DNA from: Malacoraja senta
Taxonomy: Eukaryota
Assembly: GCA_038087875.1 (NCBI GenBank)
Contig: CM075977.1
Location: 152,148,001-152,212,000, forward strand
DNA length: 64,000 bases
Reading direction: 5' to 3'
In this document: positions 1 to 12,668 of the stretch, one piece after another
Layout: each line of letters begins with the position of its first letter
How positions within the stretch are numbered: position 1 is the stretch's first letter
Translations under genes and position numbers: made by a program
The notes under the pieces: model-generated
Seen by the model: only the letters and a program-made list of their open reading frames with translations
Database searches by the model: none
Told to the model about the DNA's origin: nothing

Positions 1-374
1 GGTGTTGGAGATGTTAGCAATTGCACAAGGTTTGCAAACCTGCTGCATTGTCCAGATACCAAGGAAGATATACTGATTAATGGTGCTTATTGTGAGGTAC
101 CCTAAGCTTTGTTACAACCTGCTTGTTTTTGCTTGCATCTATTGATGGAAGTATATTTATTATGGATATAGATATTACTTTCCACTAGAAGTAACAGAGA
201 GATAACTAATTAATTTATATTTAAAAAAGTTCATTCTACAGAGCAAGTTATAAATCAGTAGCTCCATTCTTTTTTAAATGTTGCAACAGTGATTTTGTTA
301 CCTAACAGGATATATGTCCAAAACGATGTTTCCAAATTGTACCTTCTATGATTGCCTTGTTTTTATGTTTTCAG

Positions 375-497
375 ATGTTGATGAATGTGAAATTGGGGCT
401 CACAATTGTGACATGCATGCATTGTGTGCCAATGTTCCTGGAATCTTCCAGTGCAGCTGCCGTGAGGGATGGATTGGTGATGGTACCTCTTGTGTTG
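375..497 (+). CDS. FBN3: Fibrillin exon, cbEGF18 (FBN1 exon-32 equivalent)
   Basis: tttcag|...|gtgagt; 123 bp; [41 protein letters not shown]; six Cys and cbEGF consensus. Confidence 0.93.
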
Positions 498-2685
498 GTG
501 AGTTCACCATGGTCAAGGGATAATGAACAATTTTGTATTTACAAAGCAGAACTGAATTGATTTAATTTCATGTTGCAAAAGAATAGTAAGACAAAAAATG
601 CATTACATGCAAATGTGTGCTTTATGTGGATAAATGGTTTCCAAAAGTAATTTGCGAAATGCATTTGCAAATATGTTTTCAAGTAATTTTGCACCGTTTT
701 GCATGGCTAAATATTAGATCTAGCAGATTACATTAGTGTATTCTGTTGAGAAGAATTGCATTATTATTATGGGAAAACAACTGCATTTGAATTTAAAACA
801 GCATTTAAATAATATACATAATTAGAAATTCATCCCAAGGTAATTTTGCAAATGCCCATTTTAATAAAAATTGAATGACCAAAATAGTAGGGAAGGTATT
901 TTGAGAGTTTTAAAAAGGAGAGAGAAACAAAGCAACAGGGAGGCTTTGGGTGTGAACAGCGGCTGATAGTACATTCACCAGTGGCAAGACAAAGAGAGTG
1001 GAGGTTAGGCAGGAGACCAAAGTTAGTGGAATACAGAGTTAATGCAAAGCCTTTGGGCAACTTTTAGTACAGAGCCAGGAAAAACTAAATACAATTTTTT
1101 TTTCTCTCTTCAGGTTTAAAATACCATGATTTGACTGGTTTCAATTACATTATTCCAAATGAAATACAAAGTTAAAAAGTCTAATTTGTAATGTGAATTT
1201 CTGAGAGTAATTACCAAAGGGATCTGGAGCGTACGACTACATGGAAAATCATGACTGAATATTGGTAGTTTCAAATGTAATTTGGAAATAGCCACCCGAG
1301 CTGTTTCAGAAAAGAAATATCATATTCTGAAACTATTTCTACACTGCACTACACAGAACACATACAACTAAATAACTATCAGCCATAACAAACTGATGAA
1401 AGATCCATTCCTTCAAGCTCTTCTCACGCCAGTTCACTTTGAGATTTTTTTTTTCTGCCCTGAATTTATATGATGGATTGACTTTTGAAGGTATTAGATC
1501 TGAATTAAAAACCAGTCCCCATTGAGCAGGCAAAGGAATCTTATGAAAAGCAGGTTTAATTTTTAACCACACTTGAAGTTGTTTGAACAGGCACGCACTT
1601 GATTCTTCTGATCATCAATTCTATTATTATTTAAAGTAAAGAAGGTTTGTATTTTGTTAATTGAGATTATTTCATGAAGTTATATTGAGCATACAAATTT
1701 AAAATCAAATAATTTAGCATTAAAGTGCATATTTCCTTAAGGCTCTTAATAATAGGTGCTGCAAGGCTGAAACTGCTACAAGGGTGAAACAATATTGTGA
1801 AAATTCATCTTGTATGGCACTTTAGGAGGTTAATAATTGACCCAGTACCAAGAATTCTTTCTTTCAAAGAACAAAGGGTTTGAGGGAGAGGGTGACACAA
1901 CCTGATTGATGTAGATATCCAGACGGGTTACAAAGTGTCTGTATAATCTCATAACACTACACTGCATGATGTGGAGCAGCATTAGCAAACTGCACAAACT
2001 GGCACATATTCGGTGTTACATTTTCTTGCATTCCGAAGGAGCTTAATTTGGTTGCTGTATAATGTGCCTTGGGAGGCTCTGCTTTAATAAGTTCACTAAA
2101 GTTCCTAAGTGCACAGTGGTATGAGGCTTATCTAGATCATGATCTTGAGCTAATGCTGTAGCAATGGAAGACTTGCATGAGGAAACTGATCTCCCATCTT
2201 GAGATTGCAATTACTGATGAGAGTCACCCATGCCAGTATTTCACCATTTTGTCCATCAATTCTGCTACCTTTTCTTATTACTTCAAGAAAATGCAAGTGT
2301 TTGTAAAGTTCCTCCATTTGTATAAGTGAACAGTTCATGAAAAAGGAACGTAATTTTCACAGGATCCTTTAGCGCTATTGTGTGGATGTTGAAAGAGCAT
2401 TTATGGACGACCTAAATACTAAGCAGAGGAATGCTGGGAGAGCATTGCCTTCATACCACTCGTTTTGCTTGACTGGAAATACTTAATTTGTTTTCTCCTC
2501 AGTTTTATGATTGTTGTTGGTTGAAATTTAAATTTGAAGAGAATGAAACATGCTAACAACCAATTTTGGAGTGTTTGGCATTACCCCAGAAATTTAACTG
2601 GGCTCTTTCCAGCATCAGTCACTTCTGGCATTGCAATGTCACACCCCATAAATATGCTTCTTTCTAGCAAGCCAGATAAATAATC

Positions 2686-2768
2686 CAAAAATGTTGAAGG
2701 AACTCAGTAGGTCAGGCAGCAACCGTGGAGTGAAATAGACAGGTGATGTTTTGGGTCAACCGAAGGTA
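2686..2768 (-). mobile_element. Degenerate Penelope-like (PLE) 3'-terminal fragment
   Basis: Reverse complement resembles the ...aaacatcacc...gctgcctgacc...ctgagtt... tail repeated throughout the window. Confidence 0.55.
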
Positions 2769-3271
2769 CTTTCAATAGTACAATTTCCCCTTTAATGCCC
2801 GTTAACTGTGAAGCTAGCAATAACGGCTCCAATAGGTGTCTGGTGGCATTTGCCCATGTTTCCACCCAGTCCCACACATCCCCCACTCCTCCCAGAACAA
2901 GATCTTGGTGCATTTTTCTTTGTGCACTCCAGTAGGGGAAAAAATATTCCTGAAGTTTGTGGTGGCAGGCCGGTGAATAGATGAACATGAACATATACAG
3001 TGTCTGCAAAGCCCCTCTGTATTTTCTTGCACAATTGTACAGACCTCAGTATATAGTTTACAGAGTATATCGTGGTTCAACCACTGCCAGTTATAAATTA
3101 CCTTCTGTGGCTACCAAGCCAGATTATTTCTCCAATTTAAACTTAAGATGCTTTTGACTTGTTTGCACTAATGGCATTTTTTTGTTCTTTATGGTTTTCC
3201 AATTATGTTAAAGAAGAATAATGCGCTGTATATTTAATTCAACTAATGTGTTGCCCTTTTTGATTTGGTAG

Positions 3272-3394
3272 ATCTCGATGAGTGCAACAATGAAACGCAT
3301 CAGTGTAACCTCAATGCTGAGTGTATGAACACACCTGGCTCGTATCGCTGCCTCTGCTCTGAAGGCTTCAGTGGTGATGGCTTCACATGTTCAG
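3272..3394 (+). CDS. FBN3: Fibrillin exon, cbEGF19 (exon-33 equivalent)
   Basis: ggtag|...|gtatga; 123 bp; [41 protein letters not shown]; absent from the ORF track. Confidence 0.93.
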
Positions 3395-4535
3395 GTATGA
3401 TGAAGGAATGAAACTGAAGCTCTTTTTGTTTAGAAAAATGTGTCCGTAGATGAGGACAGAAACAACACAATTTCACTTTTCAATGAGGTTGAAACGTAAC
3501 GTGTTAAAAGGACTTTGTTTAATGCTGCCCATGTGCTGCCCTCATCCCGCACCACAAATCCACTCATTCCTTCAGCAAAAATGGCAATCAAGACCAGGAA
3601 CACCAGCCAACTGAAATTTTACCCTTTCCTTTGTCTTGCCGCATCTCTACTGATTGCCAGGATGAGATTATTTATGTCCTGTGGCTTGGCACAAAATTGT
3701 CTGCTGTTATATTAAAAGAGCAACAGTTATTTTACAGATTGATACCTGAGTAATACTTAAAAACAGATTCTTAGTTCTGGTGCCCTGACATATCTGCAAT
3801 TGTAATGTGCAGCACATTAGAATGTTGTCTCACGTACCCCAGCAGCAATGTAGCCAGCTGCATTGTTGCCATGCTAAGATTTTCTCTTCCAACATTGCAA
3901 TTTACTCTAAACTTTGGAAAATTACTGTGCTCAATCAAAGTAATCTCAAAGTTAGTAACATACTGCCAATGTTTCAGAATCACATATATTATGTGTATTT
4001 TAGCCAATTAAACAAATCAAAACTTATATAATAATTCACATCACCTGGTCTGAAGTTAATAAATGAAATCCAGAATTGTTATGATGTCACATTACAGTGT
4101 GGTACGGTCTCACGGGAGTTGTGATAGCATCAGTTACAGTCAAGAATCCACAAAGACAACCTCACATTCTGCTGTGTTTGCTGGTACAGGTGCCAATTTT
4201 GCATTTCATCAATTATATAATATAAGCTTGGTGTCACTTCATTCCAACCTCCAAAAAGTTCTGTCATAATGAGCATTCTGTTAAAGTTTAACATGATTAA
4301 AGATTGATTTCATCTCATCAAATAACCTTGTCTGATATAAAACAAAAAAGGCATATGTGCTAAAGTTGCATGTTTATTTATTTAAAATAATCAGACTGAA
4401 ATTTATTTGAAAAAAGAAAAATATTTTTTTACATCACTCACTTCTAGGTAAAAGTATGAAAACATTCGCTCTGTTGAACATAGGAAATTGATTTTTGTTA
4501 GGTGATAGTCTTACTTTATGCACTATTATTTACAG

Positions 4536-4661
4536 ATGTGGATGAATGCGCAGAGAATGTGAATCTGTGTGAAAATGGCCAGTGCCTCAACACACCTGGA
4601 GGATACCGATGTGACTGTGAGATGGGATTCACACCAGCTTCTGATACCAGATCCTGTCAAG
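4536..4661 (+). CDS. FBN3: Fibrillin exon, cbEGF20 (exon-34 equivalent)
   Basis: tacag|...|gtaagt; 126 bp; [42 protein letters not shown]. Confidence 0.93.
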
Positions 4662-4677
4662 GTAAGTTCATGTGCTT

Positions 4678-4825
4678 ATTCAGACCCGTCTGAAGAAGGG
4701 TCTTGATCCGAAACATCACCCATTCCTTCTCTCCAGAGATTCTGCCTGTCCCGATTAGTTACTCCAGCTTTTTGTGTCTATCTTCGGTTTAAACCAGCAG
4801 TAGCAGCAGCAGTTCCTTCCTACAC
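4678..4825 (+). mobile_element. Short PLE 3'-terminal derivative with hammerhead-like motif; 14-bp target-site duplication (TSD)
   Basis: ctgaagaagggtcttgatccgaaacatcaccc at 4690; flanks aagttcatgtgctt (4664-4677) and aagttcacgtgctt (4826-4839). Confidence 0.8.
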
Positions 4826-5605
4826 AAGTTCACGTGCTTCTTGTATTGTGATTAAATCTGAAAAGGCATGGTGGAAAAAGAGACTGCAGAAGGTGGATTC
4901 TGCACCAAGGAAATGAGAGCAGCCGGAGAAACTCAGCATGTCAGGCTGCTGAAGGATCTCGATTCAAAACTTTGACTGTTCATTTCCCTGCACAGATGCT
5001 GCTTGACACACTGAGTTCCTCCAGCTGTTCTCCTTTCATTGCAAAGACATGCTGTTCTTTTCACTAAATGTAAATATTGAAAAAAAATACTTTTAATGAG
5101 TGGACAAATGGTAGGGCAACTGCTGACAAAATGCCAAGCTTCCACAAAAGTGAGGTGCGGCTAAATTTTCAACATTTGGCATTATAATCAAGAATAATTA
5201 TATTTATAAATAACATTAAATGTGCAACAGCAAAATGAAAAAGGGATTGAGCATATTGCGAACTGATAATTAAATGCACACATTATGAACACAAATAATG
5301 AAAAAATAGAAATCCTTTTATTATTAGAACGTTAAAGTTGCCTTACCTTTACCTTTTGTGAATATATGGGGGGTTTTCTGAATCTTATCCTGTTTGTGTT
5401 GCGTGAACCCTCACTGCAGCAATGCTGAAACGTAGCCTTCTTTCCTAACTGTAGAAGCAAACCAGAGTTTGTCTTTTAACATTGAAATGATGTCATTTTT
5501 ACACTTCTCAAGAGATAGATAAATGTCATATCTATATCTCTATTATTTCTTATCACAAGTTCCACTGGTGATAGTATAGTGATAGTACAGTGAAAATCAC
5601 AGTTT

Positions 5606-5783
5606 GGGCATTAGAATGCTCCTCCTGCAGGATGTGGGAGATCAGGGAGACTTCCACGATCTCCCACATCCTGAAATGTCACCCATTCCTTTTCTCAAGA
5701 GATGCTGCCTGTCCCGCAGAGTTACTCCAGCATTTTGTTTCGATCTTCTGTGTAAACCAGCATCTGCAGTTCCTTCCTACACA
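5606..5783 (+). mobile_element. CR1 ORF1 zinc-finger fragment joined to a PLE 3' tail
   Basis: ALECSSCRMWEIRET resembles the CR1 ORF1 start at 63628 (YCSGCQMWEV); from ~5671 gaaatgtcacccattcc...catctgcagttccttcctacac. Confidence 0.65.
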
Positions 5784-6848
5784 CTGAAAAACTATGTCTT
5801 GACTGACTTCTCTTGAATGGTCAGCTAGCTAATATTGAAAGTTACTGTTCTCTAATGGCAATTGGTATCCATGATCGAGAATAACGATCTGTATGTGGTT
5901 GACTCCGGCAAGGATCCTGGCTGTCAAGCAAAAGGCCTGGGGATTATTATTGAGGTCAGAGCAAGTTATACCTCACTTTTTAATCTTGTTTGCATTTAAG
6001 AGGTGGGTACAAAAACATCCCCATTCTCTTCATGAAAGTGGGCAACATAAGATCTTAGTGAAGGTTGAATGCAGTTGCTTTTAGTTCAATAAAGTTTGCA
6101 ATTGATCTATTTCTTGTAGGAGAACAGTTTGGGTTGCTTATTAAACTGTGAGGCACGCTAATATTGAAACAATTTGTTTACATGTTCCACGGAAGATTGC
6201 AATATGAATTAATAAGAAAATATTGATAAAGATTAAACTACAAAATACATGCATTGGGATGGGTGGGAATTGAAAATACAAACCTTTTTGCAATTATAAT
6301 AGAGGGAATGTAAGGAGCCAGCTTGCAATCCATCCACTGGAGAGTCAGTCATTGAAATGTTTTAAAGAGGACGTGTTTCTCTGTCTTATTGTGATATCTA
6401 TTAAATGCTGGTGACCAGGCTCCTTGGCTGCAGAAATCCAGCAGCCAAAAAGAGGTGAGAGAGCCTGGATCTTCTCCACATCACAACTTCTCTCCAAATT
6501 TCTGGGATCTCTGAAGCCTGCTTCTACGTCCCATTTTCACTGATCTCACCAATGTTATTGTTTCAATTTTCCCACATTATCACGGCTGGTTTTCGCAAGC
6601 ATGACACCCACTGCAAGCTCCGCAGGCATTTCCACTTCTCAAGGTTAAAATCAGGGTATGAATTTCTAAAATTGCCTTGAAAATGAGTGCTTTCCAAGAA
6701 AGCAAATAGTTGGATGAGAAATTTTACAGGTCCCATTGAAATGCACTTTAAGACCAGACAATTTAAGAATGTGACATTTCTGCTCTCATGGTAAAATAAA
6801 AGAATTGTTATTTTATAATTAAAGATGTATTGTCTTTTTCTCTTCTAG

Positions 6849-6971
6849 ATATTGATGAATGTTCATTTGATAATATCTGTGTCTTTGGCACCTGCCTGAA
6901 CTTTCAGGGTGTGTTCAGGTGTGTATGTGATGATGGCTACGAACTGGACAGAAGTGGAGGCAACTGTACAG
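6849..6971 (+). CDS. FBN3: Fibrillin exon, cbEGF21 (exon-35 equivalent)
   Basis: tctag|...|gtagga; 123 bp; [41 protein letters not shown]. Confidence 0.93.
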
Positions 6972-7429
6972 GTAGGAACAGGACAGTTACAGAGTTAATT
7001 TTTTGAAGGTATCGTGCATCATTTACCGTATTTATTTGTGTGCAGTATTGCAGTTGGATTGAATTAAATTGGTTTACAATTCCCATTGAAATAGCTACAT
7101 TTTGTAATCCGCAGTAGTCACAAATGTTATTTTTAAATTAAAAACATTAGTTTGTGCCAAAATAACATTTATCTGGATACTGTTATATTTCTGTAAAGAT
7201 CTCTGAATAATTTGTGAAAATCCACCAACCCATCAAACATATAATGATTTTCAATGAAAATGTAACCTTAACATTTTGTAATTTTTTTTAAATACGAGCA
7301 ATCAATAGTACAATATCACTTGAGCTTAAATTATATTAACAGGGTCCATTCCTTTGTTATCATGAAATACAGGGTCATTTGTCATCTTAGTGTCCCTAAG
7401 TGATGATCACAAAATTCTCGATACATACA

Positions 7430-8950
7430 AATATATGAATCAGGAGCAGAAGTAAGCCAATATAACCCTCAGCCTGCTCTGCCCTTCAAAATGGGAATGG
7501 CTGCTCTTATATAATGTCAGCTCTGCATCCTGCATACATTTTCAGCCCCTGAATGATCAAGAATTTACCATCCCCTGCCTTAAAGATATAGATTCCTTGG
7601 CCTTTTGAGGAAGAGTGTTCCAAGGACACATGTCCTCTCCATATCACCTGTCAAGACACCTCAAAGTTCTGTGTGTTTCACTCAAGCTCTTTCAACCTTT
7701 CTGGACAAGTCCAACCTCTTTGCTATACTTGTTCCAAGTATCAGTCTAATAAACCTCTGAACGCCCTCCAACATATTAACATTCTTCCTTAAATACAGCA
7801 CTCCAGATGAAGTCCTGTCAATGCCCCCAAAAGCTAAAAGATGGCCTCTTTGTATTGAGTTCCCTGCACAATGAATAATAATATTTATTGTGATTACCTT
7901 TCTTTATTACTTGCTGGATCTGTACACTAGTTTTTTTGTGATTATACACTAGGGCACCCATATCCCCCTGTAACTCAGACCTCTGCAGGCTCTTGCCTAA
8001 AGGGTGTGAGCTATATGGAGAGGTTGAGTAGGTTGGGTCTCTATTCCATGGAGTGCAGGAGGATGAGGGGTGATCTGATAGAGTTATACAAAATCATGAG
8101 AGGAATAGTTCGGGTAGATGCACAGAGTCTCTTCCCCAGAGTAGGGGAATCGAGGACCAAAGGACAAGGTGAAGGGGAAAAGATTTAATAGGAATCCGAC
8201 GGGTAACTTTTTTACACAAAGGGTGGTGGGTGTATGGAACAAGCTGCCAGAGGAGGTAGTTGAGTCTGTGACTATCCCATCCTTTAAGAAACAGTTAGGA
8301 ACATGGATAGGACAGGTTTGGTGGGATATGGACCAAGCGCAGGCAAGTGGGACTAGTGTAGCTGGGACATTGTTGGTTGGTGTGGGCAAGTTGGGCTGAA
8401 AGGCCTGTTTCCACACTATCACTCTATGGCCCTATGACTCCATTTAGATGACAATTTTTTAAATGGATAATTTCATAGACATTTGCCAGATGGTTCCTCG
8501 CCATTTTGCCTATCTGTATTCTATATAACTTATTTGTGTCTCCTTCACAACTTAAATTCCTATGATCTTTGTGTGATGAACAACTTTAACAACCATAACT
8601 CTGCTAGCCTTCATCCAAGTCACATATATCTGAGGCCCCTGTACTAATCCATTCATTGTATCAATTTATGCCCAAGGTCTTATGTCTTCTGTCTTTTTCC
8701 TGTTAGCCAGTCAAACTTCAATCCACACCAATTTGTTACAAACTAATGGGACCTTATCCAAATTGGAGAGATTTTTTTTCAAAATTAAAACCATTGCATC
8801 AACTGTCTAATTGCCCATTTGTTTTAAGACCCAAGTGGAAGTCCATCCGGATCCAGGGACTTGTCAGTCCACAGCTCAGCAATTTGCAAAATACCATGGG
8901 TTTTAATCATATCCGAGTTTCTCTTTCCATTCTAGTTCTCAGCTATTACT
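7430..8950 (-). mobile_element. Old decayed CR1 LINE, interrupted by a younger CR1 3' end
   Basis: Diffuse similarity to the minus-strand CR1 at 26317-30130; boundaries approximate. Confidence 0.55.
8000..8440 (+). mobile_element. CR1 LINE 3' end
   Basis: SYMERLSRLGLYSMECRRMRGDLIELYKIMRG and FFTQRVVGVWNKLPEEVV (CR1 ORF2 C-terminus); ctatg-type tail. Confidence 0.88.
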
Positions 8951-9258
8951 GGGATGTATCTTGAAAAATTACTCTTAAACTTAATGTGATCATATGACTT
9001 TACATTAGGGATGTCTTATGATCATATACCTAGGGACATTACTGAGCAGCTATATTAATATATGTGCTAGTTTAGTTTCAGGAAACATCTGTGCAAAATT
9101 CATTCATTTTCTTCCTTGGAAATACCTTCAGAGAACCTTGCAAACCCTTCTTGAGCTTGGCCCCCTTGATATCTGTCTATGACTTTCGGACAGAGTTTAA
9201 AGTAGTAAGTAATAAAGACACTTTATAATAAGTCTTCAACTCCCAACTCTCCATGTGA

Positions 9259-10795
9259 TAGGGTTGCCAACTTTCTCACTCCCAAATAAGGGACAAAAGG
9301 TCGAAATAAGGGACAAATTCCCAACGGCAATTCGTTGACCGACACGGCCGTGGCTGGGTGAATGATGAGATGGCCCGGGTGCTGGACTGCACACAAAGGC
9401 CAGCTGAGGAGTTTTGGCCCGTGCGACAACGAGCACAAAGTTTGGCACCCCATCCAACTCATGAACCGATGATCGGCCATGAGAAGGAGGGGTGGTGGTG
9501 TCCGCAGTAAGCAAAGGTCTGAAGATCGGACAGCTGGCCATGCTGCCGCCCGACGTGGCCATGGGCGAGGCGCTGCTGCTGCTGCACTACGGGGCCGGAC
9601 GCGGTGCCGGACGCGGTGCTCCAACCGACAGTCCCCTCGACCCGAGTATTAGTAGCAATGTTACAAAATTTTGAGATTTTAAAAATAAAGTCTGCAATTT
9701 ATCCCACAAGATAAAGCATAAAAAGAAGTTTAATTTGACACCTAATTCACTTTCATGTCTTCAGTATTAAAAAAGTTATGGCCATTTTCATACTCGGAAA
9801 TTAGCATCTTGTTCCCTATTGCTTTTCCATTGACTTATCACAAAAGCTGTGATTGAGGACAGTCAAAAGCCCATAACTTTCTTAAAAATTAAGAGAACTG
9901 AAAGAAATTTTCAGTTATTATAGATTGAAGCATTCTGAAACAAATATGAAACAATCTTACTTAGAAGACATGAAATTAAAGCATATAATTAGTTAGTTAC
10001 CTAATTGTAGCTAATTACAAAATTCAATTACTAGATCTAAACATCTATCAATTTCTTAAGAATAGATTAACATTTTTTAAAAGCCTGTCCAAATAACATT
10101 CACACAAGAATTCACAATATAACATAATTTTTAAATCTCATTGTCATGGATTTACAGGCCAAATGGAAGGAATTGAATGTTTAATACCTGTAAATTAATG
10201 GGCATTTAAATCATTTTGCGAGTGAGGATTTCTGGAATGCGATCATTTGGAACGTTGATTTGCGGTGAATTTAACCCCGTATCGGCATGAAAAATTCTGC
10301 CGTTATTTCGGGGAATAAAATCACCGTTTCGCATGAAAAAACATTAATTAAAGGCTTCTTAAGAAGCACTTTTATACATTAAAATAAACCACTTTTGTTT
10401 ACCTGTCCTGTGTGTGAAATCCGTCCCCGTTGTCGGTGTTGACGGCTTCAGAAGCTGATTTTAAAATGACTCCAGCGCTGACATTGTCGATTTAATAAAA
10501 ATAAAAAATACACAAAACGCCCCTAGGAACGATTTTTCAGCAAACGCTTGTACTCCAACGAAATATAATACAGGACAAGGTAGGAGAAACCCGCGTTTTA
10601 ACCCCGCCCCCCCCTTAAAGGCGCCAAAATCACGCACACCGCCAGTGGCAGAATTACAGCGCGGCTGAAGGTAAGTATTGTAACATACCTAGTATTAGCA
10701 GTCAATTACGGGACAAGGGCGGTCCCGTATGGGACAAACCAATTTAGCCCAATATACGGGATGTCCCGGCTAATACGGGACAGTTGGCAACCGTA
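9259..10795. mobile_element. Non-autonomous hAT (Blackjack-like) DNA transposon
   Basis: Terminal inverted repeats (TIRs) tagggttgccaac / gttggcaaccgta; 8-bp TSD ccatgtga / ccatgtgg; subterminal gggac repeats. Confidence 0.8.
9653..10691. mobile_element. TIR element with 7-bp TSD (hATw-like) nested in the Blackjack-like element
   Basis: Imperfect TIRs tagcaatgttacaa / ttgtaacataccta; gtattag duplicated at 9646-9652 and 10692-10698; second partial copy at 62541. Confidence 0.7.
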
Positions 10796-11031
10796 CCATG
10801 TGGATGAATGCCTTTCTCCATGGTAAACACAGCTGAAAAATAAACATTAATGCCATGGCCATTAAATGTTGATGGGCCCCACACATAGACGATCACCACA
10901 AAGGAAATGAAGATTGCTTTAAGAGAATTATATTATTGCTCACTAACTTTCGTAATTACTGAAATAGAAAACATGTTGTGTCATGATGTGCATCAGGCCA
11001 AAGCAAAACATTATTTTCCTTAAATCTACAG

Positions 11032-11154
11032 ATATTAATGAGTGTGCTGATCCAGTAAATTGTATCAATGGTTTATGCGTCAATATGCCTGGCGATTACC
11101 TGTGCAACTGCCCTGCAGATTTTGAGCTTAATCCAAGTGGAATTGGCTGTGTTG
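11032..11154 (+). CDS. FBN3: Fibrillin exon, cbEGF22 (exon-36 equivalent)
   Basis: tacag|...|gtaagt; 123 bp; [41 protein letters not shown]. Confidence 0.93.
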
Positions 11155-11830
11155 GTAAGTAAAACTTGAGCAATGGCTTATGTTAACATATAAAGTATAT
11201 TCTTTGTGCTGTTCATGCTGTAATTTACATTTCTGAGAAAGAATGCGAATAATAATGGCGCCGTTTGTAAATCATTAGCACCTGCATTGTGCAATCCAGC
11301 TGTTTGCAAAATAAACACAACTAAATTCAAAGTTTCTATAAAATAAATGACGATTTTCACGAAATCTTAGATACATAAGTGGGAAGCAATTATTGCTGTG
11401 TTTCAGTTGGTCATAGCCATCCCATTATATGTGAAACTGTTGAATAAAAGCAGTCTTGAAGCTGTTTTTCATCCGTAATTTAGTTATATCATGAATATTA
11501 AATCTACTTATTATTTCTCTGTGTTTGAGGCAGGGCATTCTCTATGACCTGCCATTTAAGGTAGAACTCGAAGGGCCGAATGGCCTACTCCTGCACCTAT
11601 TGTCTATTGTCTATGACTCGCGTACAGACATCATGACTAGGGAATTCCTCTGACCTGTTCTGCTTCACCAGCTTTGCTATTCTCAAAGTATGACAGAAAT
11701 AACATTTGATGATGTTATCAGAATACACTGCACTCTGGGTGAAGTCACTGGCACAATGGGAACAGTTATGAAGACTTGCTTTCTTATGATTGTACCCTAG
11801 AGTCTGAATCAAAATAGCTACCTTTAGACA

Positions 11831-12102
11831 CAAAATGCTGGAGTAACTCAGCGGGACAGGCAGCATCTCTGGAGAAAAGGAATGGGTGACGTTTCGGGTT
11901 GAGACCATTCTTCAGTGTCTGAGACGCTTCTTCCGAGTCTGAAGAAGGGTCTCGACCCGAAACATCAAGTCTGAAGAAGGTTCTCAATCCGAAACATCAC
12001 CCATTTCTTCTCACCAGAGATGCTGCCTAACCCGCCGAATTATCCAGAATTTTGTATCTATCTTCGGTTTAAACCAGCATCTGTATTTCCTTCCTACACA
12101 TT
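11831..12102. mobile_element. PLE-derived composite: inverted tail plus direct tail with tandem hammerhead motifs
   Basis: Reverse copy ~11826-11915, forward copy ~11936-12100; flanking duplication gctacctttagaca / gctacttttagaca. Confidence 0.8.
11939..12002 (+). ncRNA. Two tandem minimal hammerhead ribozyme-like motifs
   Basis: CUGAAGA-A-GGGU-CUCG-ACCC-GAAAC-AUC, then CUGAAGA-AGGUUCUCAAUCC-GAAAC-AUC-ACC. Confidence 0.6.
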
Positions 12103-12420
12103 GCTACTTTTAGACATTTTTATTTTCCTATTTGCTTCCTTCCTACAATTGATTCCTCTGGAAATTAAATATTTTGTGCACTATAGTTCCATTTGTATCA
12201 TTTAGTTTTCCATTTCTTACCCATGATTCATTCTTAACCTGTGACCTTCAGCAATGCTTGGTGGCAATTAAAGTGGGCATAACTGCATTGTGTTTTAGTC
12301 AGTTGCTGCACTGAAGGTAGCTTTTTAACAGACATCATCGGTTCAAGGTCCATAAATGGTAACAATGTTCACATGTCCTCTTCGCAAGTCCTAAAAACAG
12401 ATCACTTTTCATTACCCTTA

Positions 12421-12668
12421 AGGGCCTGTCCCACTTTCACGAGGTAATTCACGAATTCTCCCGAGTTTTCCCCTGATTCAAACTCGCAGAATGTTCGTAA
12501 GGAGTCCGTAGGAGTTTGTAGATATATCGTAGCGGCTCGTTATGTTAGCTGTAGGGACTCGTGGCATCAGGTAAGTCGGGACGTTTTTTCCAGCCCGATA
12601 AAAAATGTCCACGAGTAAAAAAAATGGTCGGGATGAAATAATTAAGTCGTGAAAGTGGGACAGGCCCT
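12421..12668. mobile_element. PIF/Harbinger-type MITE
   Basis: 22-bp perfect TIR agggcctgtcccactttcacga; TTA TSD on both sides. Confidence 0.85.

Noticed and set aside
9223-9674. GC-rich ORFs (133, 108 and 60 aa) as a nested gene or CpG-island promoter
   Set aside because: They lie inside a TIR/TSD-bounded MITE, with no recognisable domain or splice structure.
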